From Planctomycetota bacterium (lineage in GTDB: Bacteria > Planctomycetota > UBA8108 > UBA1146): DNA of 64,000 nt. Shown piece by piece: positions 23,915 to 33,361 of the stretch (its first letter is position 1; the number at the start of each line of letters is the position of its first letter). Location of the stretch: positions 34,149 through 98,148 of the forward strand of contig JABHOG010000047.1 in assembly GCA_018694835.1 (NCBI GenBank), in the 5' to 3' direction. Position numbers and translations under genes: made by a program. A model generated the notes under the pieces. It did not search any database. It worked only from the letters and a program-made list of their open reading frames with translations, and had not been told where the DNA came from.

Positions 23915-23960
23915 CGGTCAATCGCGTCACTAGTTGTCAATTTACAAATTAGTCAATTCA
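23915..23960 (-). promoter_or_regulatory. Putative rRNA operon promoter region (tandem TTGACT / TTGACA -35-like hexamers)
   Basis: The minus strand upstream of 16S reads GAATTGACTAATTTGTAAATTGACAACTAGTGA. No clean -10 hexamer could be assigned, so this call is weak. Confidence 0.25.
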
Positions 23961-24281
23961 CTGAACTTGCGTTCAGGTCATGATCACACCACACCCGGGG
24001 AGGCATGGTGTGTGACCTTCTTCGCGTCACGGGCCCGATATTTCAAAGAGCAAACTCGCGAATTCGATTCGGGAACAAACCCCTCAGTCAAAACGAAACC
24101 GTGAACCGATCTGAGACGAATCTCATTTCGGCCTGGTCTGGAGTTGCCTGGGAGTGTCCCGAAGGGCGAACCACGAGCAGAAAGGGGATCCTACAGATCC
24201 ATACAGGAACATCAACAGCGAATTCCGATTTTCTACGATTTCCAACTCCAATGCAATTGGGGAGTTGGGTACTGATGAGCA

Positions 24282-25121
24282 TCATCCCTGATCAGGGTTG
24301 GGCTGGCGCTCGATATTGGGGGCCGTGGTCCACAACCAGATGGCGAATGCGAACGCCAAAATCGATGCCAATTGAGAGACGGTCCACTCTCCCTGCACCA
24401 CGCCATGATCGTCGCGAATCGACTCCACGAGACTCCTACCGATCGAATAGAGCCCCAGGAAAAGGGCGAAAGTACGGCCCGGTCGAGCCGCCAGCGGCCC
24501 CCCTGCGAGCCATAGCAGAAGAGCCAGAATCGCTCCCTGGATCGATGAGTAGATCTGCGTCGGATGCAAGCTGGGACTGGGGTGTAGGCCATCGCCATGG
24601 GCCAGCGACGGTGGACTGCCTGGAGGAAAGATCGCTGCCAGTGGCCAATCGGCGGGGCAAACCCCTCCAAAACAACAGCCGTTGAGGAAGCAACCGAGAC
24701 GACCGAAGGCGATGCCGAGCGCCAGTGCCGGTGCGATCAGATCCAGTAGTTGGCGCCATGGACCGTAATGGGAGCGCCGCTGGAGCAGGAAGAAACCGAC
24801 CAAACCGCCTGCGATGGCCCCGTACAACACCAGGCCACCATTCCACAGTCGAAAGGTTTCGAGCCAATCGCCATCGGCGTAGACCCTCTCGCGGAACTGG
24901 ATCAGGTACCAGATACGGCCGCCGATGATCCCGCACAGCACCAGCATGACGGTCAGGTCCGAGAGAGAGTCAGGGTCCAGACCTTGGCGTCGGGCCCCCC
25001 TTCGTAGCAACCAGAGGCCACTGAGGACCCCGAGCAGCACCATCGCCCCGTAACCAAAGATCGGGAATTCACCAAACGGAGTGGGGATACGAAACAGTTC
25101 TCTGAGCAGGGCTTCCTCCAA
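24282..25121 (-). CDS. lgt: Prolipoprotein diacylglyceryl transferase
   Basis: Lgt signature GRLGCFLNGCCFG and an N-terminal FGEFPIFGYG region that aligns with E. coli Lgt. TTG start as given by the track. Confidence 0.85.
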   Translation of the reverse strand: MEEALLRELFRIPTPFGEFPIFGYGAMVLLGVLSGLWLLRRGARRQGLDPDSLSDLTVMLVLCGIIGGRIWYLIQFRERVYADGDWLETFRLWNGGLVLYGAIAGGLVGFFLLQRRSHYGPWRQLLDLIAPALALGIAFGRLGCFLNGCCFGGVCPADWPLAAIFPPGSPPSLAHGDGLHPSPSLHPTQIYSSIQGAILALLLWLAGGPLAARPGRTFALFLGLYSIGRSLVESIRDDHGVVQGEWTVSQLASILAFAFAIWLWTTAPNIERQPNPDQG

Positions 25122-25276
25122 CCAGACTTCTGCCCCCTTGCCTACCGCAGCAATCGCACCGAATCAAGGATTCACTGATCGCCCCTTCACTGCGTTACCG
25201 ATCCAATGATCTTCGATCCTCGATGCCCACGGCATGACGCTTCCGTTACCCTGTGACAAGAGCGGAGACGATCGTC

Positions 25277-26449
25277 ATGAACCGTGACCGAAAGACAACG
25301 CAGCGCAGGATCGCCATCCTCGGGAGTACCGGGTCGATCGGCACCCAAGCGCTCGAGGTGATGGCAGAGGCGCAGGAGCCGTGGCATCCGGTTCTACTGA
25401 CCGCTGGAAAACGTGTGGCTCCACTGCTGAAACAGGTCCACCAACAACAACCGGAATGTTGCGTGGTCATCGATCCCGATGACCTCTCCGCTTTCGAAAC
25501 TGCGGGCGTACAGGGCACCGATCTGCGAGTGGGAGAACAGCACCAACTCAGTGCCATCGCCGAGTTGGATCTGGACCTGGTACTCAACGGAATCACCGGT
25601 GCGGCGGGCCTTCGCGCCAGCATCGCAACTCTCGAGGCGGGGATCGATCTGGCCCTGGCCAACAAGGAATCACTGGTCACCGCAGGGTCTCTCCTCAAGA
25701 GTTGTGCCAGCGCCAGCGGAGCCCGGATCATTCCGGTCGATTCCGAACACTCCGCAGTGATGCAATGCATCGCAGATTCAGATCCCGCAACGATTCGACG
25801 TATCCTTCTGACCGCATCCGGTGGGCCTTTTCGTGGCATGACGCGCGATCAATTGAAAGATGTGACCATCGAGCAGGCGTTACAGCACCCGACCTGGAAG
25901 ATGGGGCCGCGCATCAGCATCGATAGCGCGACCCTATTCAACAAGGTGCTCGAGGTGATCGAGGCGCGGGAACTATTTGGCCTTCCCCCGGATGGCATCG
26001 AGGTACTGGTTCACCCGCAGTCGATCGTGCATGCCATCGTCGAGTATCAAGACGGCAGCAGCATCGCCCACCTGGGAGAGCCGGATATGCGGGTTCCGAT
26101 CCGCCATGCTCTGCACCAAGGGACTCGTGCTGCAGGGCAATTTCGGCCGCTCGACCTGATCCAGAGGGGCCAGTTGACCTTTGAACAGGTCGACGGAGCC
26201 ACTTTTCCGGCGCTAGAGATCGCCCAGGTGGTGATGGACCATCCGGGTACAACACTCGGTGCGGTTTTGAACGCTGCGGATGAGGAAGCGGTCGCAGGAT
26301 TCCTCTCCGGTAGTGTAGGATTCCTGCAGATCTACCAGTTGGTAGAAAAAGCACTCCAGCAGCATTCGCCAGAAGATCTGGTCAGCCTGGAGCAAGTCAT
26401 CGAAACAGATCGCGAAACCCGCGAACGAGTCAGGAGTTGGTACCTTTGA
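25277..26449 (+). CDS. dxr: 1-deoxy-D-xylulose 5-phosphate reductoisomerase
   Basis: RIAILGSTGSIGTQALEV (NADPH site), LANKESLV, PVDSEHSA. ATG at 25277 after GGAGAC. Confidence 0.9.
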   Translation: MNRDRKTTQRRIAILGSTGSIGTQALEVMAEAQEPWHPVLLTAGKRVAPLLKQVHQQQPECCVVIDPDDLSAFETAGVQGTDLRVGEQHQLSAIAELDLDLVLNGITGAAGLRASIATLEAGIDLALANKESLVTAGSLLKSCASASGARIIPVDSEHSAVMQCIADSDPATIRRILLTASGGPFRGMTRDQLKDVTIEQALQHPTWKMGPRISIDSATLFNKVLEVIEARELFGLPPDGIEVLVHPQSIVHAIVEYQDGSSIAHLGEPDMRVPIRHALHQGTRAAGQFRPLDLIQRGQLTFEQVDGATFPALEIAQVVMDHPGTTLGAVLNAADEEAVAGFLSGSVGFLQIYQLVEKALQQHSPEDLVSLEQVIETDRETRERVRSWYL

Positions 26450-28560
26450 ATCTATTGCTGGCCATCCTCGGTATCGGCTTCCTCATCTTCATTCACGAGT
26501 TGGGTCACTTCCTCGCCGCCAAATTTGTCGGCGTTCGCGTGGAGACCTTTGCGGTTGGATTCCAACCCACCATCTTCGGCTGGAAAGCCCGACTCCTCGC
26601 ATTCAAGTACGGTGATACCGAATATGTCATCGGTCTGATTCCACTCGGTGGTTATGTGCAGATGGCCGGGGAAGAAGTGGGCCAGAAGCGCACAGACTCC
26701 GATGACGAGTTTCATCGAAAGCCGATTCCTGGCCGATTACTGATCCTCGTTGCAGGCGCCACCATGAACTTGATCTTTGGTTTCTTGCTCTTCATCTTTG
26801 CCTTTACCGCGGGTGTCAAGCAACAGGCTCCGATCGTGGGCAGCGCAACGCAACAAGGTCCCGCATGGTCCGCTGGAATTCGTTCCGGAGATCTGATCAA
26901 GAAGGTCAACGGCGAGTCGTGGAGCGATTACTCCAATGTCGCAACGGCCATCGCTCTGGCCGGTTCGAAACCTGTCACACTGACCGTCGACCGGCAGAAC
27001 CAGCTACAAGAATTCTCCATCGACCCGCAATGGGATCCTGTCGCAGGACGATTCAGGATCGGCATTGTTCCAGCAATTTCAGACAAGATTGGCATGGTCC
27101 AACCGGACAGCCTTGCGGCAGGCGTGGGTCTTCAAGTCGGAGACCGATTACGCGGAGTACGCCTCGCGATCCCGTCGAATAATTGGGCCGGCGAGTTACA
27201 GCCTACCGTCGCTGTCACTGCTGACGGGCTCTCTGCGGACCGCACCCTGATGGCTCTGTGGAACCTGCGAAACACCACCGCTGCCGGGAAGTTGAGCCTC
27301 GACATCCTGCGCGGAGACGAGTCGCTGGTCGCCACCATTGACCTCGCCCCACCCGCCACCTCAAAGAATGGATCAGAAACCACTGCACGTCGAGGAATCG
27401 GCGTGGTCCCACGCTCCAGAACGGTGATGGCGATCCAACCCGGCTGTGCTGCCGAGAAGAGTTTCAGACTCGGAGACGAGCTGGTCTCGATGCGACTGCC
27501 AAACGATCAAAAATCACAATCCATCGAGATTCTCGACCTCTTGACCATCGGGGAACTGGTCGGAGACTCCGATGTCGAGATGATCCTGATCTCTCGCGAC
27601 GGCACTGAAACCAGTGTCCAGAGCGAATCGATGCGAAACTGGATCGGCGAGGAGTTGATCATCGGTTCAGGAATCAGAACCGTGATACGGACCTCCCCAG
27701 CAGCGCAAGCACTGGGCATCGATGTGGGTTCGGAAATCTTATCGATCGGCAACCGCCTGGTCGGAGACTCGGACTACATCGATGACGACATCCAATCCCC
27801 CACACCCATCCGATGGATCGATGCCAGTGGAGAAGCCCGCCAAATGACCCATGAAGGAGATCCAATATCTCTCGGGCTGGTTCTGGGAACTCCAGCTCGA
27901 GTCGGTCGGTCCCTGTTCGGATCTCCGGCACAGATCGCCGGCATACCGGCAGGTGCCATCATCGACGAGATCAACGGTGTCCGGATCGATCGCTGGAATG
28001 ACCTGGTCGGCGCCATCCACGGCGCCGACGAAAAAAGCACCGATGAAGAGGTTCAGATTCAGTTCACCGACCGAGCAGGGCAATCACAACAGCTCGCAGT
28101 GACCCCACGGGTGTTGCTGGAACCACTCGGCATCGGCATGTCCGCTCGTCAATTCACCGAGAAGCATTCGATACAGGATGCGGTGGTTCAGGGCGGGCGT
28201 CAGTCATGGATCTGGGGTGGTCGGATCTTCCTCACCCTCAAGGCACTCTTTGCCGGTGATGTGCATGGCAAAAACCTCAATGGACCGGTCGGAATCATCG
28301 ACCTGGGGCGCAAGGTCTCCGAGGTTGGAATCGGCAACCTGTTATTCCTGCTGGCGTTGATCAGCATCAATCTGGGAGTCTTCAATCTGCTGCCGTTTCC
28401 GATCCTCGACGGCGGACACATCTTCTTCCTGTTGATCGAAGGGATCCGAGGACGCCCGGTCTCCGATCGAATCCAAAATTCGGTGCACATGGTGGCTTTC
28501 TTTCTACTGATCTCGTTGGCACTCTTTGTCACCTACAATGACTTGCTGCGACTCCGCTAG
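26446..28560 (+). CDS. rseP: RIP zinc metalloprotease RseP (site-2 protease), long multi-PDZ form
   Basis: HELGH in the first TM helix, C-terminal LLPFPILDGGH, and PDZ-like segments between them. TTG start at 26446 (AGGAG 9 nt upstream) or 26437 is uncertain. Overlaps the dxr stop. Confidence 0.8.
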   Translation: MNLLLAILGIGFLIFIHELGHFLAAKFVGVRVETFAVGFQPTIFGWKARLLAFKYGDTEYVIGLIPLGGYVQMAGEEVGQKRTDSDDEFHRKPIPGRLLILVAGATMNLIFGFLLFIFAFTAGVKQQAPIVGSATQQGPAWSAGIRSGDLIKKVNGESWSDYSNVATAIALAGSKPVTLTVDRQNQLQEFSIDPQWDPVAGRFRIGIVPAISDKIGMVQPDSLAAGVGLQVGDRLRGVRLAIPSNNWAGELQPTVAVTADGLSADRTLMALWNLRNTTAAGKLSLDILRGDESLVATIDLAPPATSKNGSETTARRGIGVVPRSRTVMAIQPGCAAEKSFRLGDELVSMRLPNDQKSQSIEILDLLTIGELVGDSDVEMILISRDGTETSVQSESMRNWIGEELIIGSGIRTVIRTSPAAQALGIDVGSEILSIGNRLVGDSDYIDDDIQSPTPIRWIDASGEARQMTHEGDPISLGLVLGTPARVGRSLFGSPAQIAGIPAGAIIDEINGVRIDRWNDLVGAIHGADEKSTDEEVQIQFTDRAGQSQQLAVTPRVLLEPLGIGMSARQFTEKHSIQDAVVQGGRQSWIWGGRIFLTLKALFAGDVHGKNLNGPVGIIDLGRKVSEVGIGNLLFLLALISINLGVFNLLPFPILDGGHIFFLLIEGIRGRPVSDRIQNSVHMVAFFLLISLALFVTYNDLLRLR

Positions 28561-28566
28561 ATCCTT

Positions 28567-29466
28567 TTGAAGGTGAGGTCGGTTGTGGCTCCGTGGTTGA
28601 AATTTTTCCGCCTACGGCTGTCCCCTACAGCCATCTCCAATGTGGTCGCAGGGGCGGCCATCGGTGGCTGGAACCTGGTCGCTGATGACTGGTGCATCCT
28701 GATCTGCTGGACGATGGCGCTGTACATGTTCGGTATGGGATTGAATGACCTCGCGGATCGCTCTATCGATGAAAAACTGGCGCCCCATCGACCCCTTCCG
28801 TCAGGAGATCTCTCCGTGGCCGCCGCAAGATGGGCGTTAGGATTGCTGGCGATCGCCATCACCGGGCTGACGATGGCGATGCCAGAGCCCACCAGGTTTC
28901 ACGCATTCACTGCCATCGCCTGCGTACTGCTGTACGACCTGGGATTGAAGAAGGTGCCCATCCTCGGCCCACTCGCGATGGGTGGCGTTAGATTTTCCAT
29001 CGTGATGCTGGCAGCCAGTTATTCGGGCTTGATCGAACACGCTTGGAGTCATGCGATTCACATCGGTGCGTTCACTGCAGCGATCACATACTTCTCCGAG
29101 GCGGAGCAAAGTGGCACCCAACGAACTCTGAACCGGAGGCTGTTCCTGGTGGGTTTCGTGGCGTTACTGATCTCGATCCCATTCCACCAGTTGGAGCTGG
29201 GACTGAATCTCTTCATGAGGACCCTGAGTGCCTTACTGCTGCTCTGGTGGCTACGAGGCGCATTCGCCTTTCGCCGGGGCGTGGCAGTGCATCACTGTAC
29301 GATTACCCTGGTAATGGGCCTTCCACTGGTTGATCTGATCGCCGTCTCTTCATACCCTTGGAATATCCCCAGTTTCATCGTGATGCTGGCATGGCTCTCA
29401 TTGCGGCCATGGACTCATTTCAAGATGCATTCGACCAAAACCAACCCGTCGGAGGACTCGCCGTGA
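28567..29466 (+). CDS. UbiA family polyprenyltransferase
   Basis: NDLADRSID (the NDxxDxxxD motif) and multiple TM helices. The start is either the TTG at 28567 or the GTG at 28585 after AAGGTGAGG. Confidence 0.7.
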   Translation: MKVRSVVAPWLKFFRLRLSPTAISNVVAGAAIGGWNLVADDWCILICWTMALYMFGMGLNDLADRSIDEKLAPHRPLPSGDLSVAAARWALGLLAIAITGLTMAMPEPTRFHAFTAIACVLLYDLGLKKVPILGPLAMGGVRFSIVMLAASYSGLIEHAWSHAIHIGAFTAAITYFSEAEQSGTQRTLNRRLFLVGFVALLISIPFHQLELGLNLFMRTLSALLLLWWLRGAFAFRRGVAVHHCTITLVMGLPLVDLIAVSSYPWNIPSFIVMLAWLSLRPWTHFKMHSTKTNPSEDSP

Positions 29467-30770
29467 AAGTTGTTGTCATCGGTTCCGGTGGACGCGAGCA
29501 CGCCATCTGTCTCCAACTGGCGCGCTCACCGCGAGTCACGGAAGTGATCGCCTGCCCCGGAAATCCGGGCACCGCGCGCCTCGGTCGTTGCTGGAACCAG
29601 ATCGATCCGATCGTTCAGATCGATGCCTTCATCGAGCGCTGTAAATCGGAACAGATTGACCATGTGGTGATCGGCCCTGAAGCGCCGCTGGTCGCCGGAG
29701 TGGCAGACCGCCTCCGTAGTGCTGGGATTGCAGCCTTCGGTCCCGGTGCCGCTGCCGCACGCCTGGAAGGCTCCAAGGCCTACTCGAAGCAGTTCATGGA
29801 TCGACACCAGATCCCCACCGCAATTCATCGCACCATCGACCATATCGACGATCTCGAAGCCGCCCTCGATGCCTTACCCCCGCAAGTAGTGGTGAAAGCC
29901 AGTGGCCTGGCCGCGGGCAAAGGGGTGATCGTGTGCGAGGATCGCCAGCAAGCACGACAGGCTGCCACTGCGATGCTGGTGGAAGGTTCCTTTGGAGAAA
30001 GTGGTCGGGTAGTGGTCCTCGAGGAGAGGATGCATGGTCCAGAAGTGTCGGTTCTGGCCATCGTCGATGGTACCGATGCACTGCTGCTGCCCACGGCTCA
30101 GGACCACAAACCACTTCTCGATGGGAACATCGGCCCCAATACCGGCGGGATGGGGGCCTTTTGTCCTGGCACCGTCATCGGGTCCGGCGACCTCGACACG
30201 ATTCGTAGGACCATCATCGAGCCGACCCTGGAAGGGCTGGTGGCGGATCAGATCGAGTACTCGGGAGTGCTCTACGCCGGGTTGATGATGACAAAATCTG
30301 GTCCACGCGTACTCGAGTATAACTGCCGTCTCGGTGATCCCGAGACACAACCAGTGCTGCTTCGCCTGACCAGCGATTTCGCCGATATTCTCGAAGCCAC
30401 CGCAGACCACTCCCCCTCCTCGGCGTCGGTCACATGGGATCCACGTCCATCCCTGTGCCTGGTCCTCGCTTCCGACGGTTATCCTGCGGCCCCTCGCAAG
30501 GGCCAGGTCATCGAGGGCGAAATCTTCAGTGACGTCGATGACGACATCCAGGTGTTCCATGCGGGCACCACTACTGGGCCGGATGCAACTTGCGTCGTTT
30601 CGGGAGGACGAGTTCTGGGAGTCACGGCACTGGCAGATTCGCTGGAGGATGCGAAACAACGAGTCTACGACAGAGCATCGCAGATTCAGTTTGACGGAAA
30701 AATCTGTCGAGGAGATATTGGCACTTACCAAGAGACCTACAACATCAGTGAGTCGCTGGAACAGCAGTAG
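29463..30770 (+). CDS. purD: Phosphoribosylamine--glycine ligase
   Basis: [14 protein letters not shown] matches the E. coli PurD start MKVLVIGNGGREHA. ATP-grasp motifs follow. GTG after GGAGGA, overlapping the upstream stop as GTGA. Confidence 0.9.
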   Translation: MKVVVIGSGGREHAICLQLARSPRVTEVIACPGNPGTARLGRCWNQIDPIVQIDAFIERCKSEQIDHVVIGPEAPLVAGVADRLRSAGIAAFGPGAAAARLEGSKAYSKQFMDRHQIPTAIHRTIDHIDDLEAALDALPPQVVVKASGLAAGKGVIVCEDRQQARQAATAMLVEGSFGESGRVVVLEERMHGPEVSVLAIVDGTDALLLPTAQDHKPLLDGNIGPNTGGMGAFCPGTVIGSGDLDTIRRTIIEPTLEGLVADQIEYSGVLYAGLMMTKSGPRVLEYNCRLGDPETQPVLLRLTSDFADILEATADHSPSSASVTWDPRPSLCLVLASDGYPAAPRKGQVIEGEIFSDVDDDIQVFHAGTTTGPDATCVVSGGRVLGVTALADSLEDAKQRVYDRASQIQFDGKICRGDIGTYQETYNISESLEQQ

Positions 30771-30920
30771 CCCGCAGACTTCACTCGAGAATACCGTGGA
30801 TCATCGATGCGCGTTCGCAGATTTCAGCGCCGCCACCTCGCCACTCCCCCAGCACTGATCCACAAATTCCGACAGGGTTCCGTTGGCTCCTGAAATGCGA
30901 TGGAGGGAGTTCCTGATCAA

Positions 30921-30960
30921 CACCAGATCAATAGGTGCACCAGATCAATAGGTGCACCGG
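30921..30960. repeat. 17-bp tandem direct repeat (caccagatcaataggtg x2.3)
   Basis: Two exact adjacent copies plus a partial third, inside the ~600-bp non-coding stretch after purD. Confidence 0.8.
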
Positions 30961-31387
30961 TTTAAGTCGGAGGCCCGGATCCAGTCGCTCGGAAAAGATA
31001 GACGATCCTGCCCCGACCCCGAGGCACACGCCTCCCCTGCAAACCGCGCGAGTCATTCGTGGCCTGGTGAGTCCGAATCTCCGCTTCGCATTTCGGGCGA
31101 GATTTCAGATTCTTCATCGCCGTCAAAGGTCCATAGAAAAAACTGCCGCATCGGGCGAAAAATAGCCCCCAGCATCGCGAACCGATGGCCAGAATCGAAT
31201 CCAGCATCAATCCGCGGCACCAGCCCCACCGAGTCACTGTGGCCAGATTTCACCCGGATCATCGGAGCCAGTGGCTGCCCCTCCCGGCCTTCCAATCCAC
31301 TCCCCTGGACCCGTTCCAGAACCGCCCGGTTCGCGGCGGTTCGAGCCAGCATCCGATCGCCAGAATCGACCTCCAAATCGAACTCCT

Positions 31388-32335
31388 TCATGAGGACAGT
31401 TTCGACATTTCAATCTTCTGGCTCTCGCACAACCTCTCGACCGTCTTTTGCAGACTACTGAGTTTGGTCGAACGACAGTTGATATCAATCTTGACTGGAC
31501 TCAGATCACTCGAATCCGCAGAGAGCCCCAGCTCACCGTAGAGACTCCTCGATCGATCGTACGACCGCTTGGCGATGGCGTTGATGATCTCGCCCAGATA
31601 CTTCATATCTCGGGAGTGAGGTAGGATCGTCAGCGACCTGGACGCCTCCTTCATCTCAGTTTGCAATTTCCGAATTGGATCTCGCACATCCTTGGTGCAG
31701 AAACTTTGCCAACTCTTGGGATCGAATTTCCCACCCTGCTGGAACCGAGTGGATTCGAGGGATGCACTGCGAGCGTCTTCGAAGATGCGCTGGTACTTCA
31801 ACCCGTCCTTGATCTTCTTCAAGAAAAATTCCTGAGCCTCCAGTCGAGCCTTGTCGATCTCCCGAGCGGAACCCAGATCGAACTTGTTTTTCCAGAAGGA
31901 CTGTTTCCAGGGCGCGGTTTCCACCGGGTACATCGCTGGATTCGCCTCCATCTCCAGTTGCACCTCTCTCGGCTGGCTTTGAGGTCGAATCTCTGAACGT
32001 AATTGAAGATTTGAGATACAGCCCTTCAACCCCTTCAGTTCGATCATCTGGTCGATCCGGCGCGTCCCATCGAGTTCCACATTGAAGGAATAGACGATGG
32101 TGGTACGCCAACGGATTTCGAAACCGATGACAGACTTCGCTGGAAGGGTCGGAGCTTTTCCCACCACTCTCAACTGCCAGACATCTTTCTTCATCGAGGT
32201 CTGAACAGTGATCAGTTCGATGAAGGTAGGAGCAGGCTTGGGTGGACCAGAATCATCCTGTGCGAGCAGTACTTCCCCTTGAAACAACGCCAAAAGCGAC
32301 ATCAATAACAGCCGCGGAATCATGATGGTTTTCAT
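31388..32335 (-). CDS. Secreted hypothetical protein, paralog B of a tandem pair
   Basis: Signal peptide MKTIMIPRLLLMSLLALFQG. Shares architecture and motifs (e.g. TAPWKQSFW vs SAPWTEFHF) with the upstream paralog. ATGA overlap with it. Confidence 0.6.
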   Translation of the reverse strand: MKTIMIPRLLLMSLLALFQGEVLLAQDDSGPPKPAPTFIELITVQTSMKKDVWQLRVVGKAPTLPAKSVIGFEIRWRTTIVYSFNVELDGTRRIDQMIELKGLKGCISNLQLRSEIRPQSQPREVQLEMEANPAMYPVETAPWKQSFWKNKFDLGSAREIDKARLEAQEFFLKKIKDGLKYQRIFEDARSASLESTRFQQGGKFDPKSWQSFCTKDVRDPIRKLQTEMKEASRSLTILPHSRDMKYLGEIINAIAKRSYDRSRSLYGELGLSADSSDLSPVKIDINCRSTKLSSLQKTVERLCESQKIEMSKLSS

Positions 32336-33333
32336 CCTTGATCCTCCTCCTCGGCGGGACCTAGCCCGATCATCTTGTTAATTTTCATCACCAGATCATT
32401 GAGATCTGAACTTCTTGGGATTCGGCGGCCAGAGCGAACCTTGACTTCCAATTTCTCAGGCTTGGTATCACTGCTAGAAGCCGCCAACCCCTGCGCGATA
32501 TACAGTTTCTTCGATTCGACAGTGCTGCGTTTTCCCACCGCCACCGATAGTTCAAGCAGATACGATAGTGCCAGGCGATGCGCCACGAATCGTGGCTCTT
32601 GAAATCCCTTGCGGATCTCCTCCTGCAATTCCACCAACCGCCCGATCACCTTCTTGTCCATGAAGTCTCGCCACTTGTTCTCATCAAACTCGCCCTTGGA
32701 GTTGACGTAATCGGTAGCTGCTTCTACACCCTTGACTCCATTGCGTACCTTTGCGTCGAGGGTAGCCATCTCGGTGTAACGAACTGTGAACCACTCGCGG
32801 GTCTGCCGCAGTGCTACTTCGATCTCTTGTGCCGTGCCAATCACGAACTGGAAATCAAAATGAAACTCTGTCCATGGGGCAGAGATGACCGGAAACAGTT
32901 CCGTTTCCTTCTCCAGTTCCTTCTTGGCCTTACCGCTTTGCTTCTTGGGATCGATCACTGTACGGAACATGTACTTGTCAGCGGTGGGTTCCAGCGCCTT
33001 CAACTTCAGTTCTTCACGGATCCGCTTGTTCGCAGGAACAGTGATGGTGAAGGTCTGGATCAATTGACTGCGCCAGGTCAGCAACAGATCGATCTTGGTT
33101 CCCACCGGAATCTTGGGCGTCTTCGCCTGAATCACGAGGGTGTAGACCTTGCTCTTGTCCAACTTGGTCGCTTCGATCTTGGTGAACTCAAAGAGTCGAA
33201 GATCGGTTCCTCCGGGTCCACGACCCTCACCTTGAGCCTGGGCAAGAGAAGGTAGTAGGGCCAGTGAAAGCACCAGAACCGCTCCGAGGGAGAGTCCCCG
33301 AAGGATCCACTTTGAGCGAACAATATTCATCAT
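32332..33333 (-). CDS. Secreted hypothetical protein, paralog A of a tandem pair
   Basis: Signal peptide LGAVLVLSLALLPSLAQA. A beta-rich N-terminal half and a helical, charged C-terminal half. No recognisable family. Confidence 0.6.
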   Translation of the reverse strand: MMNIVRSKWILRGLSLGAVLVLSLALLPSLAQAQGEGRGPGGTDLRLFEFTKIEATKLDKSKVYTLVIQAKTPKIPVGTKIDLLLTWRSQLIQTFTITVPANKRIREELKLKALEPTADKYMFRTVIDPKKQSGKAKKELEKETELFPVISAPWTEFHFDFQFVIGTAQEIEVALRQTREWFTVRYTEMATLDAKVRNGVKGVEAATDYVNSKGEFDENKWRDFMDKKVIGRLVELQEEIRKGFQEPRFVAHRLALSYLLELSVAVGKRSTVESKKLYIAQGLAASSSDTKPEKLEVKVRSGRRIPRSSDLNDLVMKINKMIGLGPAEEEDQG

Positions 33334-33361
33334 GTCGAACTCTCGATCCTATTCCAAGACA

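Noticed and set aside
24005-24685. 226-aa plus-strand ORF
   Set aside because: Antisense to lgt and to the rRNA promoter region. No domain signal.
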